Shown here: positions 39,111-55,038 of the stretch, in pieces
How positions within the stretch are numbered: position 1 is the stretch's first letter
Layout: every line of letters starts with the position of its first letter
Assembly (NCBI GenBank): GCA_964016885.1
Contig: OZ024757.1
Span: 6,510,001-6,574,000, forward strand
Length of the DNA stretch: 64,000 nt
From: Eledone cirrhosa
Taxonomy: Eukaryota
Reading direction: 5' to 3'
Notes under the pieces: generated by a model
The model's input: the letters and a program-made list of their open reading frames with translations, nothing else
Told to the model about the DNA's origin: nothing
Databases searched by the model: none
Position numbers and translations under genes: made by a program

Positions 39111-41819
39111 GTGTGCAAGAGACTAGATGGAGAGGAGAGTCTGCCAGAGTCCTGGTAAGAAAAAGTCGGTGCTACAAATTTTTCTGGGTGGGAAATGACG
39201 ATGGGATGGGTGGTGTAGGTATACTATTAGCTGACAAGTGGGTAGATAAAGTAATCTCAGTGTACAGGGTAAATGCAAGAATCATTAAACTCAGACTAGT
39301 CCTGAATAAAACAATTACCACAATAATATCAGCTTACGCACCCCAATCGGGGCTGCCAGACGAACTTAAGGATAGGTTTTACGAGTCCCTAATACACACT
39401 ACTGCTCTAACAGACGACAATGACTTCCTAATCATCGCAGGAGATTTTAACGGACACGTAGGTAAACACTTCAATAGAGTACATGGAGGCCATGGGGTTG
39501 GCACAAGGAATGAGGAAGGATTCAGACTTCTAGAATTCTGCGACGCCAATGACATGTCGATATGTAACACAAACTTTAAAAAACCTGACAACCACCTGAT
39601 CACCTATAGATCAGGGGAGCACTCTAGTCAGTTAGATTTTATCCTCATCAGAGGACGTGACAGATGGACGGTCGTAAACACAAAAGCCTTCCCTATTGAG
39701 GAATGTACATCCCAACATAGCTTAGTTGTCAGTGACCTCACGGTCAGAACTAGACGAACCTGGAAACAGAGGCCAACCTGGAGAAGAAAGATCTGGAAGC
39801 TGAAAGTCCCCTCAACCAGTAACAGATTTGAAGATATTTTACTCAACGCCTACGACAGTAAAGAAGAACAGATATAGACGTTTAATGTAGAAGAGAACTG
39901 GGAGTTCCTAAAAAATAATTTACTAGAGGCGACGGATGAGATCTGTGGCTGGAGTAAGACCTCAAGCAGGAGGAGAGTGACTTGGTGGTGGAACAATAAG
40001 GTAGATGAAGCAGTTAAGGCCAAGAGACAGGCATGGAAAGAATGGAAGAACGGGAGGAGCAGGGTACATTACATAGAGACCAAGAGGGAAGCTAGGCGAC
40101 AAGTATACTTAGCTAGGATGGAAGCAGAGGATAGAAAATCCAAGCATGTTTTGCAACGTGAGGACCAGAAACAGGAGGTATTCAAGATTGCGAGGCAGTG
40201 TGTCAGAGATAGTAGTGATGTCATTGGAGAGAAGTGTATCCGGAATGATAAAGGTGAGCTTGCCCTCACAAGTGCTGAGAAGAAAGATGCATGAAAGAAT
40301 CATTATGATAGATTACTAAATGAGGAGAATGCATGGGAAGAAGAGACCCTACCCCAAGTAGACCCTATAGAGGGACCAGCAGTACAAGTCAGCAGCAATG
40401 TACTAAGTAAGGCAATCGGAGATATGAAGATGGGGAAGGCAACCGGTCCATCGGGTATAGCTGCCGAGATGCTGAAGGCATCTGGGTCTGTAGGTCACAC
40501 TATAACCACACGTATTGTTAACCAGGTAATACTAAAAGGTGTCATACCAAAAGATTGGTGCAGTAGCATCATTGTCAACTGCTACAAAGGTAAAGGCGAT
40601 GCACTAGATAGAGGAAACTATAGAGGTATAAAGTTGATGGACCAGATCATGAAAGTAACAGAAAGAGTTATAGCACAGTTGATTAGGGACCGGGTGGAAA
40701 TAGACGAGATGCAATTTGGGTTTGTACCAGGAAGAGGCACCAGTGATGCCCTTTTCCTTGTCAGGCAGTTACAGGAAAAGTACCTAGCTAAAAGTAAGCC
40801 ACTCTACTTGGCATTTGTCGACCTTGAGAAAGCCTTTGACAGAGTTCCACGTGCAGTAATCTGGTGGGCTCTTAGAAAACTAGGAGTAGATGAATGGCTT
40901 GTGAAAGCGGTACAAGCCATGTATAGGGGAGCAGTCAGCAAAGTTAGGATTGGCAATGAGTATAGCGAGGAATTTAGGGTATAGGTTGGGGTCCACCAGG
41001 GCTCTGTTCTTAGCCCCCTCCTGTTCATCATATTCCTGCAGGCAATAACGGAGAAGTTTTAGACCGGATGCCCAAGGGAACTCCTGTATGCTGATGACCT
41101 CACACTCATAGCTGAATCTATGGTAGAACTAGAGGTGGAAGACTTATGTAGATTAGAGAGAAACGAAGCCTGCATGCTCCGATGGATGTGTAACAGTAAT
41201 ATATGTGAACGACAAAGCATAAATGAATTGAGAGAGAGACTGAGCATAAGAGGAATCAAATGCTGTGTGCAGGAGAGGCAGTTGCGCTGGTATGGACATG
41301 TGATGCGTATGAAGGATGACAGCTGCATAAAAAGGTGCAGAGCACTAGAAGTTGATGGAAACCGCGGAGTGGGGAGACCCAATATGACCTGGGATGAGGT
41401 GATAAAAGCCGACCTTACTCAATTACACCTCTCAAAGGCAATGACACACGACCATGACTTCTGGCGTCACGCAGTAATACAGAGTACCCGACCTCCCATG
41501 GGTACAAGCTGAAGCATATAGACAATATGCCCCCTCACCCCCCACTGCAAGGTGGTCGTGGAGGTGCAACGGCAAAACAGCACCCAGCCCACACTATAAA
41601 GTGGACGTGTAGGCGCCACGAAAAGCACCCAGCACTCACTGTAAATGAGGTTGGTGTTAGGAAGGGCATCCAGCTGTAGAAATCAAGCCAAATCAGTTCC
41701 TTTATGAGCAAGGAATGGTCAGCCGACCAGACACTGCCCAGAACAGGACAACCTGTCTAACCCATGCTAACGTGGAAGAACGGACGTAAAACAGTGATGA
41801 TGATGATGATGATGATGAT
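39111..41819 (+). mobile_element. RTE family D copy within the duplication
   Basis: Duplicate of 10275-12983 with one extra stop. Confidence 0.92.
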
Positions 41820-42981
41820 ATCTAAAATAGAGAATGCCTAAAACTGAAGAACCACCCAACCCATTGTCTTTAAACTTTACACATGTAATACTTATGGTCC
41901 TGTGAGTGTTTTGAGGAGAAAAATTTCAAATTTTCAATGCCCTAGGGACCGCATTAGGCGATTTAGCGATCTCCAGCATATTCGGCTAGTAATATATATA
42001 TAATATATATGGCTTAGTGGTTAGAGCATTGGGCTTGTAATTGAAAGGTTGTGAGTTCAATTCTCGGACCGGGTGATGTGTTATGTCCTTGAGCAAGACA
42101 CTTTACTTCACGTTGCTCCTTCTACCTGGAGTTGTGACCAATAGATAGTATTAGCAATTGGAAAGACCAATGGAAACATTGTTTCTTCGGCCCAATTTGA
42201 CGAAAGTCGATCGACTGACGATATATATATGTATATATATATATTATACATATATATATATATATATGTGTCACTTGCTGGATCTGCTAGAAGGACCCAG
42301 ATAATATGAGATGTTCTCCTGGCTGTATCATATACTGCAAATCTATGCAGATGTATACACATAAATATACAGACACATAAAGATACACATGTAATTATAC
42401 ACACATTGAAGTGGTTGATAGCTTCTGTGACTTAATTAGCAGTGGAAGATGACTGTATAACACCTGCCAATAAAATATGATGCTGCATGGTAGTGAAACA
42501 AGGGCTGTGACAGCAGAAATAAAGTGTAGACTGGAGAGAAATGAAGCAACCATGCTTCATTGGATGTGCCATTTAAGTGTGAGAGAAAGGCAGAGTTTGG
42601 ACAAGTTCAAGAAGAAGCTGGGTGTAAGAGGGAACTTAAGAGATGTGTAAGAGAGAAGACTGCATTGGTATGGACATGTGATACACATGGATAATGACAG
42701 CTGGGTGAAGAAGTGCCAGGACATCCCAGTAGGAGGAAGCCATAGTAGAGGTAGACCAAGAAAGACCTGGACAGAGGCTGTGTGAACTGACTTCAAATAA
42801 CTGACTCTCACAGAGGAGATGACAAAGGAACACGACAAGTTGAAAGATGCCATGTTGAGAAGGACGTGTCCAACCCAAGGAAGCATAGAAAAACAGACAT
42901 AAAAACAGTGATGATGTTGATGAAGATGACGTACATGTACACACATACATAATAAATAAATCAAATACAGATATGCACAGT

Positions 42982-43311
42982 GGAGGCACATGGCTTAGTG
43001 GTTAGAGCATTGGCCTTGCAATCGAAAGGTTGTGAGTTCAATTCTCAGACCGTGTGATGTGTTGTTTCCTTGAGCAAGACACATTATTTCACATTGCTCC
43101 AGTTTACTCAGCTGTAGAAAGGGATTCATATCATTCCACTGCAAAGTGGCCGTGGAGGTGCCACGGCAAAAAAGCACCCAGCACTCTCTGTAAATGAGGT
43201 TGGTGTTAGGAAGGGCATCCAGCTGTAGAAATCAAGCCAGAATCAGTTCCTGTCCCACCCTTGCAAGCAGGGAAAAAGCGGACGTAAAATGAAATGATGA
43301 TGAATGATGAT
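42982..43311 (+). mobile_element. CORE-type SINE type 1
   Basis: Paralog of 14139-14475 with the same 5' flank. Confidence 0.85.
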
Positions 43312-44654
43312 ACATGGACACAAATTTCTACACACATACATTCACATATATATAGCATATGTCAATTCTGAACAATACAGTTTTGTCAGCACAAGTCTTG
43401 GTTACAACTTCTACAAATAAAACGAAAGGAGAATAATTTCTTAGTAAAACAGCTTTATTCAAAATATTAACAACATTGGTGGCACTATTTTAGGTGAGTG
43501 ACTGGTTTTTATCTTGTCTGATTGTGTTTGTGTTGCATCAAGTAACCTTTACAAGTGAATTATTTACCACAGACATCACAGTGATATAGTTCCTCTCCTG
43601 TATGTTAGTGTGTAGTGAAGCCACAACATTTAGAGAAGGATTTACCACAGACATCACAGTGATATGGTTCCTCTCCTGTATGTTAGTGTCTAGTGAAGCC
43701 ACAACATTTAGAGAAGGATTTATCACAGACATCACAGTGATATCGTTCTCGAACCGGGTGATGTGTTATGTCCTTGAGCAAGACACTTTATTTCACATTG
43801 CTCCTTCTACCTGGAGTTGTAACCAATAGATAGTATTAGCAATTGGAAAGACCAATGGAAACATTGTTTCTTCGGTCCAATTTGACGAAAGTCGATCGAC
43901 TGACGATATATGTATATATATATATATTATACATATATATATATATATATATATATATGTGTTACTTGCTGGATCTGCTAGAAGGACCCAGATAATATGA
44001 GATGTTCTCCCAGCTGTATCATATACTGCAAATCTATGCAGATGTATACACATATATACACAAGTAATTATACACACATTGAAGTGGTTGATAGCTTCTG
44101 TGACTTAATTAGCAGTGGAGGATGACTGTATAACACCTGCCAATAAAATATGATGCTGCATGGTAGTGAAAAAAGGGCTGTGACAGCAGAAAAAAAGTGT
44201 AGACAGGAGAGAAATGAAGCAACCATGCTTCATTGGATATGCCATTTAAGTGTGAGAGAAAGGCAGAGCTTGGACAAGTTGAGGGAGAAGCTGGGTTTAA
44301 GAGGGATCTTAAGAGATGTGTAAGAGAGAAGACTGGATTGGTACGGACATGTGATACACATGGATAATGACAGCTGGGTGAAGAAGTGCCAGGACATCCC
44401 AGTAGAAGGAAGCCATAGTAGAGGTAGACCAAGAAAGACCTGGACAGGCGCTGTGTGAACTGACTTCAAATAACTGAATCTCACAGAGGAGATGACAAAG
44501 GAACACAACAAGTTGAAAGATGACATGTTGAGAAGGACATGTCCAACCCAAGGAAGCATAGAAAAACGAACATAAAAACCGTGATGATGTTGATGAAGAT
44601 GACGTACATATACACACATACATAATAAATAAATCAAATACAGATATGCACAGT

Positions 44655-44986
44655 GGAGGCACATTGCTTAGTGGTTAGAGCATTGGCCTTGCAATCAAAA
44701 AGTTCTGAGTTCAATTCTCAGACCGTGTGATGTGTTGTTTCCTTGAGCAAGACACTTTATTTCACATTGCTCCAGTTTACTCAGCTGTAGAAATGAGATG
44801 ATAGGGACTGGGGTTCATATCATTCCACTGCAAAGTGGTCGTGGAGGTGCCACGGCAAAAAAGCACCCAGCATTCACTGTAAATGAGGTTGGTGTTAGGA
44901 AGGGCATCCAGCTGTAGAAATCAAGCCAGAATCAGTTCAGTCCCACCCTTGCAAGCAGGGAAAAGCAGACACAAAATGATGATGAT
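44655..44986 (+). mobile_element. CORE-type SINE type 1
   Basis: Paralog of 14139-14475 with the same GATATGCACA flanks. Confidence 0.85.
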
Positions 44987-46027
44987 ATGCACATACTTAT
45001 ATACAAATATATACATGGACACAAATTTCTACACACATACATTCACATATATATAACGTATGTCAATTCTGAACAATACAGTTTTGTCAGCACAAGTCTT
45101 GGTTACAACTTCTACAAATGAAATGAAAGGAGAATAATTTCTTAGTAAAACAGTTTTATTCAAGATATTAACAACATTGGTGGCAGTATTTTAGGTGAGT
45201 GACATGGTTTTTATCTTGTCTGATTGTGTTTGTGTTTGCATCAAGTAACCTTTACAAGAGAATTATTTACCACAGACACCACAGTGATATGGTTCCTCTC
45301 TTGTATGTGTTACTGTGTAGTGAAGCCACAACATATAGAGAATGATTTATCACAGACATCAAGGTGATATAGTTCCTCTCCTGTATATGTTAGTGTGTAG
45401 GGACGCCACAACACATAGAGAATTATTTAGCACAGACATCAAGGTGATATAGTTCCTCTCCTGTATGTTAGTGTGTAGGGAAGCCACAACATTTAGAGAA
45501 GGATTTACTACAGACATCACAATGATATAGTTCCTGTCCTGTATGTTAGTGTTTAGTGAAACCACAACATTTAGAGAGGGATTTACCACAGGCATCACAG
45601 TGATATGGTTCCTCTCCTGTATGTTAGTGTTTAGTGACACCAAAATTAGAAAATGATTTACATGGGCTGAGGTGGTAAGGGCAGACCTCTTAAGCTCACG
45701 GTGTAGATCACAAAGGACCGTGACAAGTGGAGAGATGCTGTGTTGAATAGGACTCATCCCACCCTTGCAAGCAGGGAAAAGCAGACGTAAAATGATGATG
45801 ATGATGATGATGTTTTCCCTCATCTATGCATATATTTAGTTAAATTGCTGCATTAAAAGATATATTTTCCAAACATATCAAAGTGATATGGCTTCCCACC
45901 TGTATATGTTTGTGTGAAGTTAATGTAGCATTGAAAGAGAATGATTTACCATAGATATTACACTGATATATATTTGTATTCTCATTAATTCACAATTTTG
46001 AGAGGATTTATCACTGATGTCATTGCA

Positions 46028-48371
<2,344 letters not shown>

Positions 48372-49355
48372 AATAATTTTATCTCCAACAGAATATACTT
48401 GTAATATTTTTTACATTATATTCCTAAAAAATATATCTTCTATATTTCCCTCAACTGTGATTTCAGTTAATAATCTTCAAATGATGATAAATAGAGGTGA
48501 TGTATCCGAGATTGAAAATAATAATTTATCCCAATGTCATCTGGTATTCTGAAATAAGAAAGAAACAGTATGAGATAATACAGAATACTTAAGAAGCAGA
48601 GATAGATTTAACAGTGGAAATTTTATATTTCTATATTGGTAAACTGTAGATATCAACTTTCCTGTCCAGAGTAATTCTCTGCAATGCAAACAGTGGTATT
48701 CCAGCATGTTCTATAAATGTTATCCTTCTATCTCTAGAGAGGTCTGCTCTATGGCAGTTTAGTGAAAAATTTATTCTGATAGGACTCTCTAACATAGCTA
48801 TTATCTCCTCTCCTGGTGACATGTCAACACCAGTTTAACTTCCATCTTTTTATTAGTAGGAGTCAATTGTTCCTCTATATCTTTTTCTTACTTCTTTTCT
48901 CTCTTTATCTGGGAGAAATCGGCTGTGTTTAGACCAGGAGTTACGAGTCTATATGAATCCATACAATATCTGTTTTCACTTGAAGTTTTATTCAGATCTC
49001 AATTGTGTTCAGATGAGAGAGGTGATGGGCTCCATCAGGTTTTAAAATATGCCCGAGAAATACTGTATGTCACTTAGAGTACCCCTACGACTCCACTAGT
49101 GTTTCATTTGTTTAGGACTATGTCTGGGTTAGCCAGCCAAGTATCAGTAGAAGGGAAAACAGGGCCCTGCTCCCCTCAGAAAAATGGCCTTGCTCAGTGT
49201 GCTAGAAAGGTGTAGGTAGAAATTCCATTCTCTGTCCAAAATACAAACAATGGGTACACAAGAGATGTAGTGGGATATCATGTTAGCTAAGAATATAGGT
49301 TTTACATGTGGCCAGTGCACAGGAGCAGTAAGCAGCAAACATTCACAGGAAACAA

Positions 49356-49565
49356 CGATTGACTTTTGTCAAATTGGACCGAGGAAACAATGTTTCCATT
49401 GGTCTTTCCAATTGCTAATACTATCTATCAGTCACAACTCCAGGTAGAAGGAGCAATGTGAAATAAAATGTCTTGCTCAAGGACATAACGCATCACCCGG
49501 TCGGTGAATCGAACTCACAACCTCACGATTGCGAATCCAATTCTCTAACCACTCAGCCACACGCC
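49356..49565 (-). mobile_element. SINE type 2 with 14-bp TSD
   Basis: TTCACAGGAAACAA at 49342-49355 and 49566-49579. It sits inside an old PHD-bearing RTE remnant (about 49145-49790). Confidence 0.85.
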
Positions 49566-49796
49566 TTCACAGGAAACAAGCTCTAACAAACTGTTGGAGG
49601 GTCACATAGAAGAGGTAGACAGCTTCTGCTACCTGGGTGATGATATCATCAGTGGAGGTGGGTGTTCTGAAAGTAGAGCAGCCTGAGTGAACATGGAATG
49701 GAAAAGGTTCAGGATGCTACTACCATGGCAACTTACTAAAGCCTTTTTCCTCAAAACAAAGGGCAGGTTGAATAATGTGTGTATATAAACAGTTTA

Positions 49797-49833
<37 letters not shown>

Positions 49834-50019
49834 GATATATATAATTGTGTGTACATGTATATATATACATTAAGACAATGTCACTGGATCGAGATCTTTG
49901 GCGCTACTCAGTAATACAGAAGACCCACCTTGCCTATGTACAAAGCGAAACCTACAGTCAGTAGGCACCTCTTAACCAAATATACACCCCCATCCCACTA
50001 CCCAACCTCCACCCCCATA

Positions 50020-50527
50020 GGTTCTAGAATAAGGACGGGTTGGAAGAAGTTTAATGAGCTGCTTTCTCTGTTGACAAAGAAGGGTTTGTCCCTGCATACG
50101 AAAGGATGGTTATATGATGCCGATATGCGATGTCGCATGGTAGTAAGACATGGGCAGCAACTGCAAAGGATATGTGAGGGCTGGAGAGAAGCAAGCATGC
50201 TCCGTTGGATGTGCAATGTCAATATGCGTGAACGACCAAGCATAGACGAGTTGAGAAAGAAACTGGGTATAAGAGGGATAGGTTGTGGTGTGCAAGAGAG
50301 AAGACTGAGATGGTATAGACATGTGACCACTGGGTAAAGAAGTGCCAAATAATCCCAGTAGTAGGAAGACGCATAAGAGATAGACCATGTAAAACATGGG
50401 CGGAGGTGGTGAGAGAAGACCTCAGATCGCTAAAACTCACCGAGGAGATGACAAGTGGAGAGATGCTGTGCTGAATAGGACCCGTCCCACCCTTGCAAGC
50501 AGGGAAAAACAGACGTAAAATGATGAT
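50020..50527 (+). mobile_element. RTE family B 3' fragment
   Basis: The C-terminal half of ORF 49930-50337, followed by the family-B tail. Confidence 0.85.
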
Positions 50528-51018
50528 ATATATATACTAGTATTCAAGATAACATTGTTAGAACACATTGCAGCCTTGAAGAGATGGTTTCAACAAGATT
50601 GGGTGATGAAAGTTATAGTTTTTGTAGTAGGATCTCATCACATAAGGTTCCTTCAAAGATTCTTCTAGAGTTACAGAGTCATTTATATATATGTGTGTGT
50701 TTTGAACAATAAAAATAAAACTAGAGACAAAGATATGTTCTTAATTAGTTCATTGTTTTACGATCATTTCAGAGGTTTGATTGATCATGGTAGATTGATA
50801 TATTGACAAACAGGTAGTTGTTATGTCACTAACTATTTCTAGTCTCAAAATCCCTGATCAATCACACTGTATCAATATATTGATTTACCATGATCAATCA
50901 ACCCTCTGAAACGATTGTAAAACAATGAATCATATCTCAGACTTTTGTTTTATTTTCAATGTTCAATACCCACAAACACACATATATAATTGACAATTTC
51001 TTTGGAATAATTGATAAG

Positions 51019-52610
51019 ACTTGTGGCTGGAACAAAGTTCCAGCCAGACAGAGGGTGACCTAGTGGTGAAACAGCACAGTAGATAGAGCTATTAACCATG
51101 TAGCATTTACATTACTCTATATTTACTATTATATTTTCATGGTAAAGTCTTTATCTCACATAATATTGAATCTATGAGACTTTGATATTACTTATTTTGA
51201 GGACAATACATTAACATCAATATGAGCAGCGAGTTACAGCCGGTTTGAACAGAAGGTGAGAGAATTCTGGCTGGATATGGCCAGTTTAAATGATAAAGGG
51301 TTAAAGACAAGTGACAGGCATGGAAAGACTGGAAAAATAGGGGTGTCAGACCAGGACCAGGTAGCTAAGAGAGAAGCTAGAAGACAGGTATACATAACAC
51401 AGAGAGAGGCTGAAAAAAGAAAGATTACCAACGTATTGAGACATGAGAATGAGAGGTGTGAAGTGTTCCACATTGCAAGACAGGGAAAGGTGTGTTAGAA
51501 ATGACATTGGTACACTTAGCACCACTGATGCTCAAAAGAAAGAGGCCTGGAAATGTTACTATGAGAGATTGATGAATGTAGAGAATAAATTAAGAAGCAA
51601 TCTTAGACTTTTGTTTTATGTTCAACACACATACACATATAATTGACATTCTCTTTGGAATTACTGATGAAACTTGTTAGTGACACAACTACAAGAGAGG
51701 CTCCTAGCCAAGATTAAGCTGCAATATTTAGCTTTTATAGATCTAGAAAAGGCCTTTGACAGAGTACCTTACTCTATTATCTGGTGGTCCTTCAGAAAAT
51801 TAGGTGGAGAATGGCTTTTGAGAACAGTGCAAGCCATGTACAGAGGAGCTGTCAGTAAAGTGAGAGTAGGAAGGGAGTTTAGTGAAGAATTCAATGTACA
51901 GGTAGGTGTTCATCATGGTTCAGTTCACAACCCACTGCTGTTCATCATAGTTCTCCAGGCCATAACCAATGAGTTTAAGACTGGCTCTTCACGGGAAACA
52001 GTCTATGTGAATGATCTGGTCCTTATAGCTGAATCCATAAAAGAACTAGAGAATAAGCGACCCTACTGCATATGTAGGAAAGAAGTAGGCATAAACTGTA
52101 CACAATGATAGCTTCTGCTATCTAGGTAACCTAATTAGCAGCAGAGGAGGGTGCCTCGTAAGAGAGGATAGGATTGTAGTTTAGAGAGCTACTTACACTG
52201 TTGGTAAATACAGGTTTCTCCCTACGTACAAAGATGTTGGCTGTACAATGCTTGTGTGTAAAGTGCAATACTGCATGGAAGTGAAATATGAGCAGTAACT
52301 GCAGAAGACATGCATAAGCTGGAGAGAAATGGAGCAACCATGCTTCGTTGGGTGTGCAACGTAAATGTGAGAGGAAGGCAGAGCTTGGATAAAATGAGGA
52401 AGTAATTGGTAATCACTGGTTAAAGAAGTGCCACGGAAAACCAGAGAAGGGAAGCCATACTAGAAGGAGACCAGGGTAGATGTGGTGAGAGCTGATCTCA
52501 AATTGCTGAGACTCACAGATGACGAAGGAACAAGCGAGTGGGGAGATGTGCTTAAAAGGAACCACCAACCCATGCCAGGATTGAAAAACGGACGTAAAAC
52601 GATGATGATG
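51019..52610 (+). mobile_element. Old RTE remnant (family C) containing the piggyBac MITE at 51096-51300
   Basis: Paralog of 21909-23591. Confidence 0.85.
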
Positions 52611-52618
52611 GTGTAGAT

Positions 52619-53316
52619 CAAAGGTTCTCAATGGGGGGGGGGGGGACATATGCACAGCGAGTAGAACACACATCTAGGACCACATACAACACATAATCAG
52701 ATAATACACACATCTAGGACCACATACAACACATAATCAGATAATACACACATCTAGGACCACATACAACACATAATCAGATAATACACACATCTAGGAC
52801 CACATACAACACATAATCAGATAATACACACATCTAGGACCACATACAACGCATAATCAGATAATACACACATCTAGGACCACATACAACACATAATCAG
52901 ATAATACACACATCTAGGACCACATACAACACATAATCAGATAATACACACATCTAGGACCGCATACAATACATAATCAGATAATACACACATCTAGGGC
53001 CACATACAACACATAATCAGATAATACACACATCTAGGACCGCATACAACGCATAATCAGATAATACACACATCTAGGACCACATACAGCACATAATCAG
53101 ATAATACACACATCTAGGACCACATACAACACATAATCAGATAATACACACATCTAGGACCACATACAACACATAATCAGATAATACACACATCTAGGAC
53201 CACATACAACACATAATCAGATAATACACACGTGTTTGGAATATTGTTAATCAATTTTTTAGTAAACTACTGATATAAAAATCAGTAGTTTAGCCTAAAT
53301 GGGTTGAGAACCTGTG
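52619..53316. mobile_element. Non-autonomous hAT (Charlie-like) element carrying a 40-bp minisatellite
   Basis: 8-bp TSD GTGTAGAT (52611-52618 / 53317-53324) and TIRs CAAAGGTTCTCAA / TTGAGAACCTGTG. It is absent from the paralogous site at about 3400. Confidence 0.88.
52666..53231. repeat. 40-bp minisatellite (ACACACATCTAGGACCACATACAACACATAATCAGATAAT) x ~14
   Basis: Visible directly, with few substitutions. Confidence 0.97.
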
Positions 53317-53609
53317 GTGTAGATGAAGTAAATTAAATCAAGATAGATTTAGACTAAAACGAACAAAACTTCCCTGAAACAGCAACAAGGTACAGCTAAA
53401 TATAAACTATATTTTATAATGTAAGGTAGTGAACCATATAATTAAATAGACGGAGGTAATTTAAATAATAAAGATAGTCATGATAACAATATATTTTATA
53501 TCACATGTAACAGTGGAATCTGGTTAATTACTCAATCGTTGAAGGCTTCACATAATTATATTATTTACACACATTAATATAGACATTAAGTAAATCTTTG
53601 ATAACTTAC

Positions 53610-54033
53610 ATCCTCCAGATATAATCAATGTGTTGAGTTGTTAGTTGTTACTAAACAACCAAAGAAATAATCTCTTTGTTATCAAATTAGAAGTTTCAAT
53701 GTTATCAGCTTTATTTCACGACATTAACGTTGGTGTATCTTCTTCATCTTTAGTCATGAATTGATATCTTGTCAGAATGAAGTAGTGAGGCTGACTTTAT
53801 GTCTTTAGCTCCAGATTTAACAGGACATATATATATATTAGGTTGATATGTGGTCTAAAATATATATATTGTCTATAAATGACTGATAGCAGATGTTCTG
53901 GTGAAATAGTAGTTTTACTACTACAGATTGTAATGGAACTCTTAGTAGACACAATTGTAAAGTAAGAATAGATATGACAGTGTAAGACTGATGTCCGGGA
54001 ATTAAAATTGAGTATATATATATATATATATAA
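53610..54033 (-). promoter_or_regulatory. Putative promoter and non-coding exon 1 of ZNF paralog 2
   Basis: Inr-like TCAGTC at 53991-53986 and donor GTAAGT at 53609-53604. Homologous to copies 1 and 2. Confidence 0.55.
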
Positions 54034-54408
54034 TTGTTACACAAGATATAATTAGATTAATTAAAGTTATAGTAAACAGCAAGTACACGGTGTCGTTGGA
54101 AATGATTTAACTCCCTTACCGGTGTCATACGTTAACAGTCCCTGATATAATTTAATGTATTCAGACACACTTCCAATCGTATTTAATTCATTGTATGTCA
54201 GAAAGTATAACTCAGTAAAATATCAATTATACATCAATAAGAAAACCTCTACGTAGTCTCTCTACCTGCTAGAAATAGCTGTGATATTATCCATTACAAC
54301 TTAGTTTTTTGATTAAAATCTCCAAAGTTTAGTTATACAATCAACAGTAAATCTTTTGTACAGACTTCGGAATAAACTGGAAGACCGTCAGAATATCATT
54401 CTCCCTGT

Positions 54409-54547
<139 letters not shown>

Positions 54548-54724
54548 TTAGGTTTGTTGGCTCACCACTGGATAGAACTGGTCATTCCGTATAGTCAACC
54601 TTGATGTAATATTAGGGAGAGCACTCGACGTAATCCTATATTTCAGGTTATTGTTATCATGACTGTCTTTATTATTTGGTCTGAGAGTCGGCCCTTGTGG
54701 CCAATAAATGGAATCATTATTTGG

Positions 54725-54872
54725 TCTGAGTTCAAATCCTGCCGAGGTTAACTTTGCCTTTCATCCTTACGCGGTCGATAAAATAAAGTACCAGTCACGC
54801 ACTGAGGTCGATTTAATCGACTTTCCCCTCCCCCCAAATTGCAGACCTTGTGCCTAAATAAGAAACCATTAT
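54725..54872 (+). mobile_element. 5'-truncated Nin/Deu-domain SINE
   Basis: B-box GAGTTCAAATCC followed by ACTTTGCCTTTCATCCTT.CG.GGTCGATAAAATAAAGTACCAG, which resembles the Nin-domain consensus (recalled, not searched). Confidence 0.7.
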
Positions 54873-54908
54873 AACTTTAATTAATCTAATTATATCTGTT
54901 GTGTAACA

Positions 54909-54957
<49 letters not shown>

Positions 54958-55038
54958 ATTTTCTCTCCCCGACATCAGTCTTACACTGTCATATCTATTC
55001 TTAATTTACAATTGTGTCTACTAAGAGTTCCATTACAA
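54870..55038 (+). promoter_or_regulatory. Fourth, oppositely oriented copy of the ZNF core promoter and first ~60 nt of exon 1
   Basis: Reverse-complement match to about 53927-54070. TA run, Inr-like TCAGTC at 54975-54980, truncated after CATTACAA. Confidence 0.75.

Larger units (their letters stand above)
34173..42250 (+). repeat. Near-identical direct segmental duplication of 5337-13414 (offset 28836)
   Basis: The ORFs recur at +28836. About a dozen substitutions were seen by eye, including a TGG>TGA stop at 40292-40294. Confidence 0.95.

Noticed and set aside
52666-53231. 40-bp repeats as a CRISPR array
   Set aside because: The units are head-to-tail with no spacers and lie inside a hAT element.
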